Part shown: positions 27,899-36,792 of the stretch, piece by piece
Position numbering within the stretch: position 1 is the first letter of the stretch
How the letters are laid out: the number at the start of each line of letters is the position of its first letter
IMG/VR virus record: IMGVR_UViG_3300024310_000015
Location: 1-42,720 of that record
Source: a virus
Taxonomy: Duplodnaviria > Caudoviricetes
Length of the DNA: 42,720 bases
Direction: 5' to 3' (one strand)
The notes under the pieces: model-generated
Databases searched by the model: none
What the model was told of the DNA's origin: nothing
The model's input: the letters and a program-made list of their open reading frames with translations, nothing else
Made by a program: the position numbers and the translations under genes

Positions 27899-28137
27899 CG
27901 GGAACCTCCGGCTTGTGTTGGGTGTTGCTCGCGGAGAGAAGCGGCGAGCGCATCTGACGTGGCTTGGCGTAGCTCCATGAGGGCGCGGCCATAGTCTCTG
28001 TCGTCACCCCGTTGGGCGGCGTCTTCCACGGCCCTCAGAGCTTCGTGCCTGCGCTCTTGGGCGTCGGCGCAAGGATGGCTCTGGGAGGAACCTACTAGGG
28101 TCTCGTAAAGACGTTCGAATCCTGCGCGGACGTTCAT
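27895..28137 (-). CDS. Hypothetical protein
   Basis: 80 aa, coupled, good SD. Confidence 0.6.
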   Translation of the reverse strand: MNVRAGFERLYETLVGSSQSHPCADAQERRHEALRAVEDAAQRGDDRDYGRALMELRQATSDALAASLREQHPTQAGGSR

Positions 28138-28535
28138 GATTCCTCCCGGGGACTTGGCTGGCGTTCAGCGGCGTCCTGGATCAGCACGTCCACCGGCTGG
28201 CGTGGGTTGAAATACTGACTGTCGAACTCGCCACCGGGGGCGTAGTCCCCGGTCTTGGTCAGCCGCTCCCACGCCCACACGAAGTCCATGCGCGTGGCGA
28301 AGCTGAAATTGCCCAGAAGAATCCGCCCGAACCCGCAGCGCAGGTGTTGCAGGACAGAGCGCCGTGCGGCCCGCTCTTCTCCCGCCATGGCGCAATCGAA
28401 GCAGTAGCCCATGCGAAGCTCTTCGGGTTGTCCGCAACCAGCGCACGGGCCGAAGCCGGGGCTTCCATCAACGAAGATGATCTCGGGGGCAGCGCTCTCG
28501 GGCGCGCCGCTGGGCTGGCTCCGGGAGGCCATCAC
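28134..28535 (-). CDS. Hypothetical protein with CxxC..CxxC
   Basis: CAGC..CFDC; N-terminus shared with 31854..32153. Confidence 0.6.
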   Translation of the reverse strand: MMASRSQPSGAPESAAPEIIFVDGSPGFGPCAGCGQPEELRMGYCFDCAMAGEERAARRSVLQHLRCGFGRILLGNFSFATRMDFVWAWERLTKTGDYAPGGEFDSQYFNPRQPVDVLIQDAAERQPSPREES

Positions 28536-28574
28536 TTCGCCCCCCTCAGCTCAGCCAGCTTGGCTTTGGCCTTC

Positions 28575-29021
28575 TCAGCGACCGTTAGTGATCCGCCGCT
28601 CAGCTTGTCGAACACCCACGCCAGGGGGATCGCTAGGCTCAGGACGATGTACAGGCCAAAAATCGCCAGTAAGCGCAGCGAGGCGCGCAGCTTTCCGTTC
28701 ATGTGACTGCCTAAGCTCGATGATGTGTTGCTCGGCAGTCTGATCGAGCAGCGCCCCGAAGACGGGGAACAACACGGCCCAGCGGCCTCGCTTGTGGAAG
28801 ATGATCTTGTCCCAGGTCTGCCAGGACGCTTTGCCGTCCACGACCGAGCGAGCCTCATCGGCGCTCAGGTCCCATTCCTTGGCGATCGAAGTCCTGCGAG
28901 CGGTCGGCCAGCGGCGTGCGCAATAGGCCGTCAGCGCGTCGCGGGTGCGCTTGTCGTATGGGTAGAGGGGGAACTTTTCCCCAACGTAGTCCCGGATTTC
29001 CATGGTCATCCCGTCCATCAA
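28575..29021 (-). CDS. Putative HTH regulator (CII position)
   Basis: SIAKEWDLSADEARSVVDG helix-turn-helix-like segment downstream of cro. Confidence 0.55.
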   Translation of the reverse strand: MMDGMTMEIRDYVGEKFPLYPYDKRTRDALTAYCARRWPTARRTSIAKEWDLSADEARSVVDGKASWQTWDKIIFHKRGRWAVLFPVFGALLDQTAEQHIIELRQSHERKAARLAALTGDFWPVHRPEPSDPPGVGVRQAERRITNGR

Positions 29022-29282
29022 TGGCCTCGCAAGTCGGAGGAACGGTGATGGAGATCAGGATCGGACTGGACGAAGCTGGATGGATCGCAGGGAGCCGTTG
29101 CTTGGCGGCTGGGCTCCTGGCGAAGGAGGACGCTACGGCGCAGGCGCTGTTCAGGGCGGCTGCGCGGTACTTCGGTAAAGGACTGCCCCCGCTGACCGGG
29201 GAGGATGGCCAGCAGGGGCACACGCGCGACACAAACCGAGGGCTCGTTAGGGTCAGCGGCGTGTTGGGTTGAGGGCGCCATG

Positions 29283-29573
29283 TCAGGCGTCCTCGGAGAT
29301 ACGAACGGGCGGGGCTTGGATCGGGGGAGCCTTCAGGGACTCGATGAAGTCGGCCTTGGGCCGATAGACCGGGCGCCAGTGGGCCTCGCAACTACCCGGG
29401 TACGCTTCCCCTCGATAGCAAACGCCTTGGAGGATCAGGCCGGGGCCGTAGTGCCCACAGCGGCAAGGGCCGGGCTCAGCGACCTCCACGACGCAGCGCA
29501 GCGTGCCAAAGGGATCAAGCCCGAGATGGTCACAGCGCTCCACCCACATTCCGGGTTCAATCTCGGCGCCCAT
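29283..29573 (-). CDS. Hypothetical protein
   Basis: 96 aa, Cys-rich, in early operon. Confidence 0.55.
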   Translation of the reverse strand: MGAEIEPGMWVERCDHLGLDPFGTLRCVVEVAEPGPCRCGHYGPGLILQGVCYRGEAYPGSCEAHWRPVYRPKADFIESLKAPPIQAPPVRISEDA

Positions 29574-29794
29574 CTACGCGCCCTCTCCACCGAAGATCAG
29601 CGCGCCGTGATCGCGGTTCTTGGCCGCGAACTGGGATGGCTCCGGGATGAGTCCCAACCGACGCTCAACCCGACGACGAACAACCTGCGTCCTCTGAGCC
29701 CTCCCGCAAATCCAATCACAGGCCCAGTAGAACCCCTGACCGATCAGCCAGACGGTAAGCATGACACCGGCGGTGATGGCGTAGGCGGTGAGCA
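29574..29794 (-). CDS. Hypothetical membrane protein
   Basis: MLTAYAITAGVMLTVWLIG..; start approximate. Confidence 0.5.
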
Positions 29795-30154
29795 TCAGGC
29801 TGCGTCCTCTGGTGTCGCGCGCCGAGCCGCCCACACCCTGTTCGCGGTGGCGCTGCGTAGCGGGCTAAGGCAGGGGGGAAACTCAGCAGGGTCGAACAAT
29901 CCCAGCGCCGCCCTGCCCACGATGGCGAGGACGGCATCGTCTGGCCGGAACCATTCCCCGGTGACGTGGGAGCCCATGAGCGCGGCGTGGAGCGCGTCCT
30001 CCAGCCTGCGGTCGCCGGCGACAGTCGCAAGAAGGACGACTTGAGGATGCTTGTGGCGCAGCAATTGGATGCGCCGGTTGATGTGCTGGCCCGTGTAGCC
30101 GATCTTGATGTGGCCGGTTGCCAGATCGCGGGCGAAGTAGACCGTGTCCGCCAT
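29795..30154 (-). CDS. GIY-YIG/T5orf172-family protein
   Basis: VYF...IKIGYT..RRI..L..E..LH....GEWF. Confidence 0.85.
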   Translation of the reverse strand: MADTVYFARDLATGHIKIGYTGQHINRRIQLLRHKHPQVVLLATVAGDRRLEDALHAALMGSHVTGEWFRPDDAVLAIVGRAALGLFDPAEFPPCLSPLRSATANRVWAARRATPEDAA

Positions 30155-30360
30155 TAGGCCGCAGCCTTTGAGCGCTCGGCAAGCAACTGCGCCGCAGCAG
30201 CTTGGACGCTCGCCCAGCGATCTATCCGGGGGCTGTGCTGGCCGTCCCAGCGCGTCCAGGTCGTGCGATTTACGCCAGCGACAGCCAGGACGGCAGCGAC
30301 CGGGATACGCGCTTCCTTGAGATCACGCTTCAACGCAGCGAGTTCGTCTGCAAATGCCAT
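30154..30360 (-). CDS. cro: Cro-like HTH repressor, leaderless
   Basis: AGVNRTTWTRW HTH; divergent from CI; TTGCCA-N18-TATACT-N6-ATG. Confidence 0.85.
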   Translation of the reverse strand: MAFADELAALKRDLKEARIPVAAVLAVAGVNRTTWTRWDGQHSPRIDRWASVQAAAAQLLAERSKAAA

Positions 30361-30366
30361 GACGGC

Positions 30367-30444
30367 AGTATAGGTGCGTTAATGCACGACTGGCAAGTGT
30401 CCTAATGCACGGCGACGAACTTGATATCGTGCGTCTATATGCAC
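30367..30444. promoter_or_regulatory. OR operators and PR promoter
   Basis: GTGCGTTAATGCAC 30374, GTGTCCTAATGCAC 30397, GTGCGTCTATATGCAC 30429. Confidence 0.85.
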
Positions 30445-30476
30445 GCCACCGAAATGGACCGGCCCGGCGGAAGCAA

Positions 30477-31163
30477 ATGGACGAATACCGCGCTGCGGCA
30501 ATTGCCTACCTGAAGCGCGTCCGTGACGAGAGCGGTCTAAGTCTGAACGAGATAGCCCAGCGCGTCGGCGTGTCGCACACCACCCTCACCCGCCCCCTCG
30601 CGAACCCCGATTACAAGTACGTTCCCAAGTTCGCGACGCTCCAGAGAATCGCCGCAGTAACGAGGATTCAACTTCCCGTTGAATTGACAAACGACACACC
30701 TCGGTCACCTGATGTCGCGCGCCTTCGTATTTTGAGCGTGCGTGGGGTAGTGGCGGCGGGCATGTGGCAATCAGTAGAAGTAGCAGACGAGCCTCTGGGC
30801 GAGGCTCGGATGGTGGAAGATCCGAACTATTCGGGCCTCCCTCAGTGGGCCGAGATCGTGCGCGGCCCCTCCATGAACCGGACCTATGCGGACGGCGATT
30901 ACCTACACGTGATCGACGGCCCAGCTCTTGGTTACTTTCCGCATCCTGGGGATGACGTGATCGTGGAGCGGCGATCCGGCCAGGACGGGCGGGTCGAGCG
31001 AACCTGCAAGCGGGTCGTGCTCCAGAACGGAAAGCCGGCGCTGGTCGGCGACTCCACCATAGAGCATTGGAATGAGCCGCTAGCGCTCGACAACGGCCAC
31101 GACGACACCATCGTCCAGATCATCGGCCTGGTGGTGGGCTCCTACCGTCCTCGCCGCCGATAA
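30477..31163 (+). CDS. cI: CI repressor (HTH plus S24 autopeptidase)
   Basis: LNEIAQRVGVSHTTLTR HTH, AAG cleavage region, GPSM serine, CKR lysine; start ATG 30477 preferred over 30405, which lies inside an operator. Confidence 0.92.
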   Translation: MDEYRAAAIAYLKRVRDESGLSLNEIAQRVGVSHTTLTRPLANPDYKYVPKFATLQRIAAVTRIQLPVELTNDTPRSPDVARLRILSVRGVVAAGMWQSVEVADEPLGEARMVEDPNYSGLPQWAEIVRGPSMNRTYADGDYLHVIDGPALGYFPHPGDDVIVERRSGQDGRVERTCKRVVLQNGKPALVGDSTIEHWNEPLALDNGHDDTIVQIIGLVVGSYRPRRR

Positions 31164-31215
31164 CGCGAATCGCCGAGACTGACAGACCCGCGTCATTAGA
31201 GGCGCATATGAAAGT

Positions 31216-31270
31216 GTGCGTTTCTGCACGTTTTTAGCTTGACGCTGCTTGTGCGGTAATGCACGCTGCT
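31216..31270 (+). promoter_or_regulatory. OL operators and PL promoter
   Basis: GTGCGTTTCTGCAC 31216 and GTGCGGTAATGCAC 31251 flanking TTGACG 31239. Confidence 0.85.
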
Positions 31271-31293
31271 CCTTACCAACTGGAGCACACGAC

Positions 31294-31521
31294 ATGCCCG
31301 CCCCCGACTTCATCCACCCCTCCCGCAGCGCCGATCCGGTCAAGGCCGCGCTCGTCACGCTGGAGGAGGTCTCGGAATATCTCGGCCAGCGCGCCGACGC
31401 CGATTGCGACCAGGACGGCTTCATCCCGAACGCGGAGATGCGGCTGCAAACCGAGGTCGATGAAGCGATCTACCTGCTTGAACGGGTGATTGCGGCTCGT
31501 GCGGTCGAGGTGGCGAAGTGA
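31294..31521 (+). CDS. Hypothetical early protein
   Basis: MPAPDFIHP.. with GGAG SD; first gene after PL. Confidence 0.65.
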   Translation: MPAPDFIHPSRSADPVKAALVTLEEVSEYLGQRADADCDQDGFIPNAEMRLQTEVDEAIYLLERVIAARAVEVAK

Positions 31522-31853
31522 CCCCCGCCAACACCGCCAGCCTCCGCACCCTCTCTCCGCTTATGGAGGTGCTCGCCGGTCCTTCTCGCCCAGCAATGCG
31601 GGAGCCTCAGAACTTCAGGACTCTGTTCTCGACCCTCAACCATGACGACGCGATCTGTGCGGGGTTTGAGGAAGCTGAGTTCGAGTTGGGCGAGGAAGGT
31701 GGGTTTGAAGTCCACTTCGACGGTCGGGGCATGTTCCCGAAGGTCGTTCTGAACCTCGCTGACGGTGAAGTGGTCGGAGCTGATGCGATCCTTCAGTTGG
31801 CTCAAGCTTTGACGACAGCCGCGAAGATGGCCGCGCGAATGGAGGGCAAATAG
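31518..31853 (+). CDS. Hypothetical early protein
   Basis: GTGA-coupled, 111 aa. Confidence 0.55.
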   Translation: MTPANTASLRTLSPLMEVLAGPSRPAMREPQNFRTLFSTLNHDDAICAGFEEAEFELGEEGGFEVHFDGRGMFPKVVLNLADGEVVGADAILQLAQALTTAAKMAARMEGK

Positions 31854-32153
31854 ATGGCCTCCCAGAGCCAGCCCAGCGGCGCGCAAAGTGGCGCTGCCCC
31901 CGACCTTGGCGACAACTGGCCCGAGACGCGGCGTTCGTGGCGCCGGCTGCGCGCGGCATGGCGCGGTCTCTGGGCTCAAGTGTTCCTCGGCTGGGCACTC
32001 CGCTGCGACGAACAGGCCGTCATCGACTTCATGTGGGACGTGGTTGAGAGCGAAATCGACGCCCGCAAGGACCGTTGGGTCACCGCCGAACTCGCCAAGC
32101 TAGAGACCGCTGACCCGCTGAACGCCAGCCTCAAATCCCGGGAGGCCATATGA
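31854..32153 (+). CDS. Hypothetical early protein
   Basis: 99 aa; N-terminus shared with 28134..28535. Confidence 0.6.
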   Translation: MASQSQPSGAQSGAAPDLGDNWPETRRSWRRLRAAWRGLWAQVFLGWALRCDEQAVIDFMWDVVESEIDARKDRWVTAELAKLETADPLNASLKSREAI

Positions 32154-32284
32154 CCGCCCCAACCCACCCGCCGCGTTCCTCGGGGATCGACAACTTCCGA
32201 ACCACCCTCCGCAACATCCCGAGCCTGATCGTCATCGGGGCTTGCGTCTGGGTCTTAATCTTCTGGCTGGGAGCCGCAGGATGA
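32150..32284 (+). CDS. 44-aa membrane peptide (not in ORF track)
   Basis: MTAPTHPP..IPSLIVIGACVWVLIFWLGAAG*; ATGA-coupled on both sides, GGAGG SD. Confidence 0.6.
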   Translation: MTAPTHPPRSSGIDNFRTTLRNIPSLIVIGACVWVLIFWLGAAG

Positions 32285-32688
32285 ACCGCGAGAATATCCA
32301 GAAGGTGCGCGACGTGATCGCCGCGCTGCCCCCGGCGCAATTCGACATGCGCGAACTCGGCACCAAGAACGAGTGCGGCACCGTCGCCTGCATTGCGGGG
32401 TGGGCCTGCGAGGTGCTGGGGACCGGCAATGACCGGGACTACGGCACAACGTCGGTTGCCACTGAAATGTTCGGCATCACGCAAGGGCAGGCCCACGAGT
32501 TGTTCTGGCTCGGGAGCGCGGAGCCGGGAAGCAAGCTCTGGCTTGCCGGGCCGGACCACGCCGTCCGGGTCCTAGATCACCTCCTGGCTACCGGAGAGGT
32601 CGATTGGGAGTCCACCCGTAGAGCGAAGAAGCCCGCAAGCAGCGGCTCTCCCTCCGCGCCGCACGGCAACTCCGGGAGGGACAAATGA
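32281..32688 (+). CDS. Hypothetical protein (CGTVACIAGW motif)
   Basis: Start ATG 32281; FDM..CGT.ACIAGW..LF pattern recurrent in phage early proteins. Confidence 0.7.
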   Translation: MNRENIQKVRDVIAALPPAQFDMRELGTKNECGTVACIAGWACEVLGTGNDRDYGTTSVATEMFGITQGQAHELFWLGSAEPGSKLWLAGPDHAVRVLDHLLATGEVDWESTRRAKKPASSGSPSAPHGNSGRDK

Positions 32689-32879
32689 GCCGCGTGGAAT
32701 TTGAGGTCACGACCGCTCGCGGCGCTCTCATCCGTATCTTTGACGAGCGCAGAGCCGCCAACCGCTACGCCAACGACATCCAGCACGAGTTCCCTGGAGT
32801 TCAGGTGTTTTCGGTCGAGTACGTCGAGCCCATCCGTCGCCGGATTTACCGGCCCGCAACACAGCTGAGGGTGGCGTGA
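32685..32879 (+). CDS. Hypothetical protein
   Basis: 64 aa, coupled, good SD. Confidence 0.6.
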   Translation: MSRVEFEVTTARGALIRIFDERRAANRYANDIQHEFPGVQVFSVEYVEPIRRRIYRPATQLRVA

Positions 32880-33073
32880 TGATCTCGGAGCGCCCCGCGC
32901 CGGCCGCCGTCCGCAACGATCCCCACTGCGACCTCTGCGGCGCTCGCTGCCAGCCCGACGACTGGAGCGACGCGGCCGGGATGGTGATCTGCCCTCGATG
33001 CATGGAGGACATGCTTGATGCGTCAGCCGTCGTCGCCCGAACAGAGATGGGCCTGGTGGGAGCAAGCCGTTGA
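32876..33073 (+). CDS. Small zinc-ribbon protein
   Basis: CDLC..CPRC. Confidence 0.55.
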   Translation: MMISERPAPAAVRNDPHCDLCGARCQPDDWSDAAGMVICPRCMEDMLDASAVVARTEMGLVGASR

Positions 33074-33389
33074 TGGCCTGTCACCGCCTACCAACGAGCA
33101 AGACCCGCAAGCCGGGTTCTTCGCGATCCGCAAGTTTCGCTACGGCGAGTGGGCCAAGGGTCCATTCGTACCAGCCCGCATCTGGTGGGAAGACGGCGAG
33201 ATCGACCCCGAAACCGGCGAACTCCTGTCTGACGAACGCCTCTGCGGCGAGATCGACGGCGTTCGCATCAACCCTTGGAGGCGATGGACATGGTTAGCCC
33301 GGCGACCGATACCCTTGAGCGAGTGGGAGTGGCTAAAAGCCCTGAGCCCGCTGTTGCCGTCGAAGATCCCCCGGCGCCGCAAAGCCTGA
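33015..33389 (+). CDS. Hypothetical Trp-rich protein
   Basis: 124 aa, DPETGE motif, GGAGG SD. Confidence 0.65.
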   Translation: MMRQPSSPEQRWAWWEQAVDGLSPPTNEQDPQAGFFAIRKFRYGEWAKGPFVPARIWWEDGEIDPETGELLSDERLCGEIDGVRINPWRRWTWLARRPIPLSEWEWLKALSPLLPSKIPRRRKA

Positions 33390-34021
33390 AGCAGCGCCTG
33401 GCCGCGATCCGCGACGAGTGCGCCGACATCGGCAAAGACGACATCCAGATGGGCAACTTCAAGATCAAGGGCCACACCTTTGAGGCGGTCCTGTCCGAGG
33501 TGCGCCCGCTGTTCCTGCGGCACGGCGTAGACATGACGCCGAACCTCGTGGAGCGGACCTACACCGGCAACCGCTGTGACGTGCTGGTGGACTTCACCTT
33601 TGAGCGCACCGACGACGGCAACGAACAGCGCGTCATCCGCTGGGGCGGGGCCGGGACCGACAACGGTGACAAGGCGTTCGCCAAGGCCGGCACGAACTGC
33701 GTCAAGGAGATGCTGAAGAAGCGCTTCCTGATCACCGACCGCGAGGACGCCAAGGAAGCCGAAGAGGCCGTCGAGCACAAGCCCGAGGGCGGGGCCAGCC
33801 GCGCCGAGGTGGACGACGCCAAGGCCCGAGCCGCCGACAGCATCGTGGGGTGGGCCAGCACCTTCAAGGAAGCCCTGGAGAGCGCCAAGGACGCACGCGC
33901 CGTGGGCAGGCTCCAGGCCGACAACGCCGCGCGCCTGACCAGCCCTGACCTTCCGAAGGTGACCAAGGATTTCTTCGGCGAGCTGATCGAGCGTCGCAAG
34001 CGGGAGCTTGGCGGCAAATGA
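33290..34021 (+). CDS. erf: ERF-family ssDNA annealing protein
   Basis: IGKD..F....E.V...VRPL...HGV..G.G.D.GDKA..KA.T...K....F.I; start ATG 33290 by SD spacing. Confidence 0.85.
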   Translation: MVSPATDTLERVGVAKSPEPAVAVEDPPAPQSLKQRLAAIRDECADIGKDDIQMGNFKIKGHTFEAVLSEVRPLFLRHGVDMTPNLVERTYTGNRCDVLVDFTFERTDDGNEQRVIRWGGAGTDNGDKAFAKAGTNCVKEMLKKRFLITDREDAKEAEEAVEHKPEGGASRAEVDDAKARAADSIVGWASTFKEALESAKDARAVGRLQADNAARLTSPDLPKVTKDFFGELIERRKRELGGK

Positions 34022-34106
34022 CCCGAGACACCTGGGACATAGACGACGCCCGCAACTTTCGCCCGAGCGTGCCTGCGCCTGTGGCCCGGCGCCAAGGTGA
34101 CCGTTC

Positions 34107-34661
34107 GTGACCCGCCCGTTGCCCATGACCTGGGACGGCGAGGTGATGCGCCCGACGAAGGGCTTCGCGGCCCTGGCGGACAAGGAGTACGTCGTGGGTG
34201 AGGTCTACACGATGGACGTGTCGGACCCGGCGCGCTCGATGATCTCGCACAGGCACTACTTCGCCGCCGTGTACGACGCCTGGCTGAACCTGCCCGAGGA
34301 TATGGCGGAACACTTCGCCAGCGCCGACCACCTTCGCAAGGCCGCACTGATCCGCGCCGGCTACCGGGACGAGCGCACCCTAGCGTGCTCCAGCCGGGCC
34401 GAGGCGCTTCGCGTAGCCGCCTTCTGCAAGCCGATGGACGACTACGCCATCGTGGCCGTCTCTCAGGCCGTGGTGCGCGTCTACACGGCCAAATCACAGA
34501 ACGTCCGAGCGATGGGGCGCAAGGTCTTTCAGGAGAGCAAGGACGCCGTGTTGGAAGTCCTCGCCGGAATGATCGGTGTTCCCGTCAAGCAATTGGCAGC
34601 CAGGGACGCGGGGGCCGTGAGGCAGGTTAACAGCCACCCCGCGACTGCTGCTCATGTCTAG
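34107..34661 (+). CDS. NinB/DUF1367-like recombination accessory protein
   Basis: RS..SHRHYFA, HLRK..LI.AGY, KS....M....F pattern. Confidence 0.6.
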   Translation: MTRPLPMTWDGEVMRPTKGFAALADKEYVVGEVYTMDVSDPARSMISHRHYFAAVYDAWLNLPEDMAEHFASADHLRKAALIRAGYRDERTLACSSRAEALRVAAFCKPMDDYAIVAVSQAVVRVYTAKSQNVRAMGRKVFQESKDAVLEVLAGMIGVPVKQLAARDAGAVRQVNSHPATAAHV

Positions 34662-35007
34662 GTCTGTTCCTGAGTGGATCGGGGCGACCCCGGATACGCC
34701 CATCCCGCCCCGCGTCCGTCTGCGCGTGTTCGAGGCTCACGGCGGCGTCTGCCACATCGCCAAGCGGAAGATCCTCGGCGGGGAAGCCTGGGACTGTGAC
34801 CACGTAATCGCCCTCATCAACGGCGGCGAAAACAGGGAAAGCAACCTGGCCCCCGCCCTACGCGATCGGCATCGGGAGAAGACCGCCGATGACGTGGCGC
34901 TCAAGTCCAAGACGCAGCGCACCCGGCTGAAACACCTGGGCCAGTGGCCGAAGGGTCAGCGCATCCAATCACGCGGATTTTCAAAGAGGCCCGCCAATGC
35001 CGGTTAG
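34654..35007 (+). CDS. HNH endonuclease
   Basis: DHVIALINGG.N.ESNL......H.EKT. Confidence 0.88.
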   Translation: MSRSVPEWIGATPDTPIPPRVRLRVFEAHGGVCHIAKRKILGGEAWDCDHVIALINGGENRESNLAPALRDRHREKTADDVALKSKTQRTRLKHLGQWPKGQRIQSRGFSKRPANAG

Positions 35008-35317
35008 CCGAGATGTTGATGATGGCGCCCCCTATGCGCCACGAATGGTTACGCGTGATGAAAAGGACCTTCTCTCTAAGGGAGGGGGGATAGACGGGAT
35101 CCCAGAGCCAGCCGTGCGCGGAGACGGGCCCCATATCCCGTCCTCGCCCGACAGTCTCACTCCGTTGGAAAAGGCGCTATCGGCGGCCTGCTACATGCAC
35201 AGCGGCGCTCATCTGTCGGGCTACCGGCTGTGCATCGGGTTCGAGACCAAGAAGGCGGCCGGTGACGCGCACGTGGCCATCGCCGGTGCGCTGAACGCTA
35301 AGGCGGTGCAGTCGTGA
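34997..35317 (+). CDS. Hypothetical protein
   Basis: 106 aa, GTGA-coupled to the MTase. Confidence 0.5.
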   Translation: MPVSRDVDDGAPYAPRMVTRDEKDLLSKGGGIDGIPEPAVRGDGPHIPSSPDSLTPLEKALSAACYMHSGAHLSGYRLCIGFETKKAAGDAHVAIAGALNAKAVQS

Positions 35318-36114
35318 AGCTGCGGACCCTGGATCTGTTCGCCGGCATCGGCGGCTTCAGCCTCGGCTTGGAACGAACGGGCGGGTTCAAGACCGTCGCC
35401 CTCTGCGAAATCGACCCTTCCGCCCGCTTGGTGTTGGCGAAGAACTTCCCCGGAGTGCCGATCTATGACGACGTTCGCAGCCTCACGGCTGACCGCCTCG
35501 CCGCAGATGGAATTGGCGTTGACGTCATCACCGGGGGCTTCCCCTGCCAAGACCTCAGCGAAGCGGGGACGCGAGGCGGGATCACGGCGTCACGCTCAGG
35601 TCTGTGGGGAGAAATCGCCCGACTGGCTGGCGAGCTTCGACCCGAAATCCTCATCGTGGAAAACGTCTCAAATCTCCTTGCTGGAGACCGGGGAGCTTGG
35701 TTTGGCCGACTTCTCGGAGACCTGGCCGCGCTCGGGTATGATGCGGAGTGGCACAGCGTACCGGCTTCCTACGTTGGCGCCCCTCACGAACGCGACCGGG
35801 TCTGGATTATTGCCCACCGTTCTGAAAGCCGATGGAACCGGCCAGGCGGCTATCCTCTCGCCGAATATGTCGTTTACGACGTCGCGCAGTGGCCGGATGC
35901 GGCGCGTAGCTCATGGGGGGACCTGGTCAATTGGCTTGAGTCGCCTGGTGCTGCTCACCTTTGGGAAGCCCCTGACGGAACGCCTCGCCGAATGGCTGAT
36001 GGGGTACTCCGTGGACTGGACAGCCCCGCCGTCGGCGCCTGCGGCAACTCAGTAGTCCCGCAAATCCCCGAAGCCATCGGACGCGCCATCCTAGCAGCGA
36101 GGAAAGCCGCATGA
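35314..36114 (+). CDS. C5-cytosine DNA methyltransferase, alpha polypeptide (lacks motif IX)
   Basis: LDLFAGIGG (I), GFPCQD (IV), ENV (VI), H.R.RVW (VIII), GNSVVP (X). Confidence 0.93.
   Translation: MKLRTLDLFAGIGGFSLGLERTGGFKTVALCEIDPSARLVLAKNFPGVPIYDDVRSLTADRLAADGIGVDVITGGFPCQDLSEAGTRGGITASRSGLWGEIARLAGELRPEILIVENVSNLLAGDRGAWFGRLLGDLAALGYDAEWHSVPASYVGAPHERDRVWIIAHRSESRWNRPGGYPLAEYVVYDVAQWPDAARSSWGDLVNWLESPGAAHLWEAPDGTPRRMADGVLRGLDSPAVGACGNSVVPQIPEAIGRAILAARKAA
35465..36055 (+). CDS. Nested +1-frame beta polypeptide of the C5 MTase (carries motif IX)
   Basis: 196-aa open frame wholly inside alpha, GGAG upstream, ends LTERLAEWLMGYSVDWT. Confidence 0.8.
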   Translation: MTTFAASRLTASPQMELALTSSPGASPAKTSAKRGREAGSRRHAQVCGEKSPDWLASFDPKSSSWKTSQISLLETGELGLADFSETWPRSGMMRSGTAYRLPTLAPLTNATGSGLLPTVLKADGTGQAAILSPNMSFTTSRSGRMRRVAHGGTWSIGLSRLVLLTFGKPLTERLAEWLMGYSVDWTAPPSAPAATQ

Positions 36115-36338
36115 GCGGCTCAACCATCCGAGCGGTGCTGATCACAGCCACCACGATGTACCTCGGACTCGGGCTGTTCCTGGGTAGCGCAATGGCCGCG
36201 CACATCCCCGCCATGAACTGGCGCGGCGTCGCCTACTACACCGTGACATGGCCGGCCTTCGTCGCTTCCGGCACGCTGAACGCGCCCGCTCCGCCCGTGC
36301 CGTTCTGGTGCTTCACCTTTTCCGAGAAAGCACGATGA
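36111..36338 (+). CDS. Small membrane protein
   Basis: Hydrophobic 75 aa, ATGA-coupled. Confidence 0.6.
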   Translation: MSGSTIRAVLITATTMYLGLGLFLGSAMAAHIPAMNWRGVAYYTVTWPAFVASGTLNAPAPPVPFWCFTFSEKAR

Positions 36339-36516
36339 GCCGCTCCGCTCTCCGCGCGATGTGCGCTGAACCTGTGCCTCAGTCCCGGGAGGACCACTAA
36401 ATGACCACCCCTACCGACCAACCCCACATCAGCGCTGAGCCTTCTGGGAGAGAAGATTTTATGGTTTCCCGGGAATCTTCCCATGCGTCCGGCGTCAAGC
36501 TGGAGGGGCGAGACTG

Positions 36517-36792
36517 ATGGGCCTTCACGAACCCTTCGGCACATACGGCGGCCTGCGCGTGATCGTGGTTGCTGAGCCCAAGCCCCCGCACTGGACAAAG
36601 CCCGGTCGGCCGCCAACGAAGGCCGAGGGCCGCCGAGGCACCCGCCGCGCGTGGAAGCGGCGCAATCCTCCGCGCTTCGTAATCCCCGTCGCTGTGATGG
36701 CGCCCGACGCTTACTTCATCGACCACGCCCGCAACACCGTCTATTGCCGCGCCGCTGGCAAAGCGGCACTCGCCAAGGCGGTGCAATCATGA
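36517..36792 (+). CDS. Hypothetical basic protein
   Basis: 91 aa, good SD. Confidence 0.6.
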   Translation: MGLHEPFGTYGGLRVIVVAEPKPPHWTKPGRPPTKAEGRRGTRRAWKRRNPPRFVIPVAVMAPDAYFIDHARNTVYCRAAGKAALAKAVQS

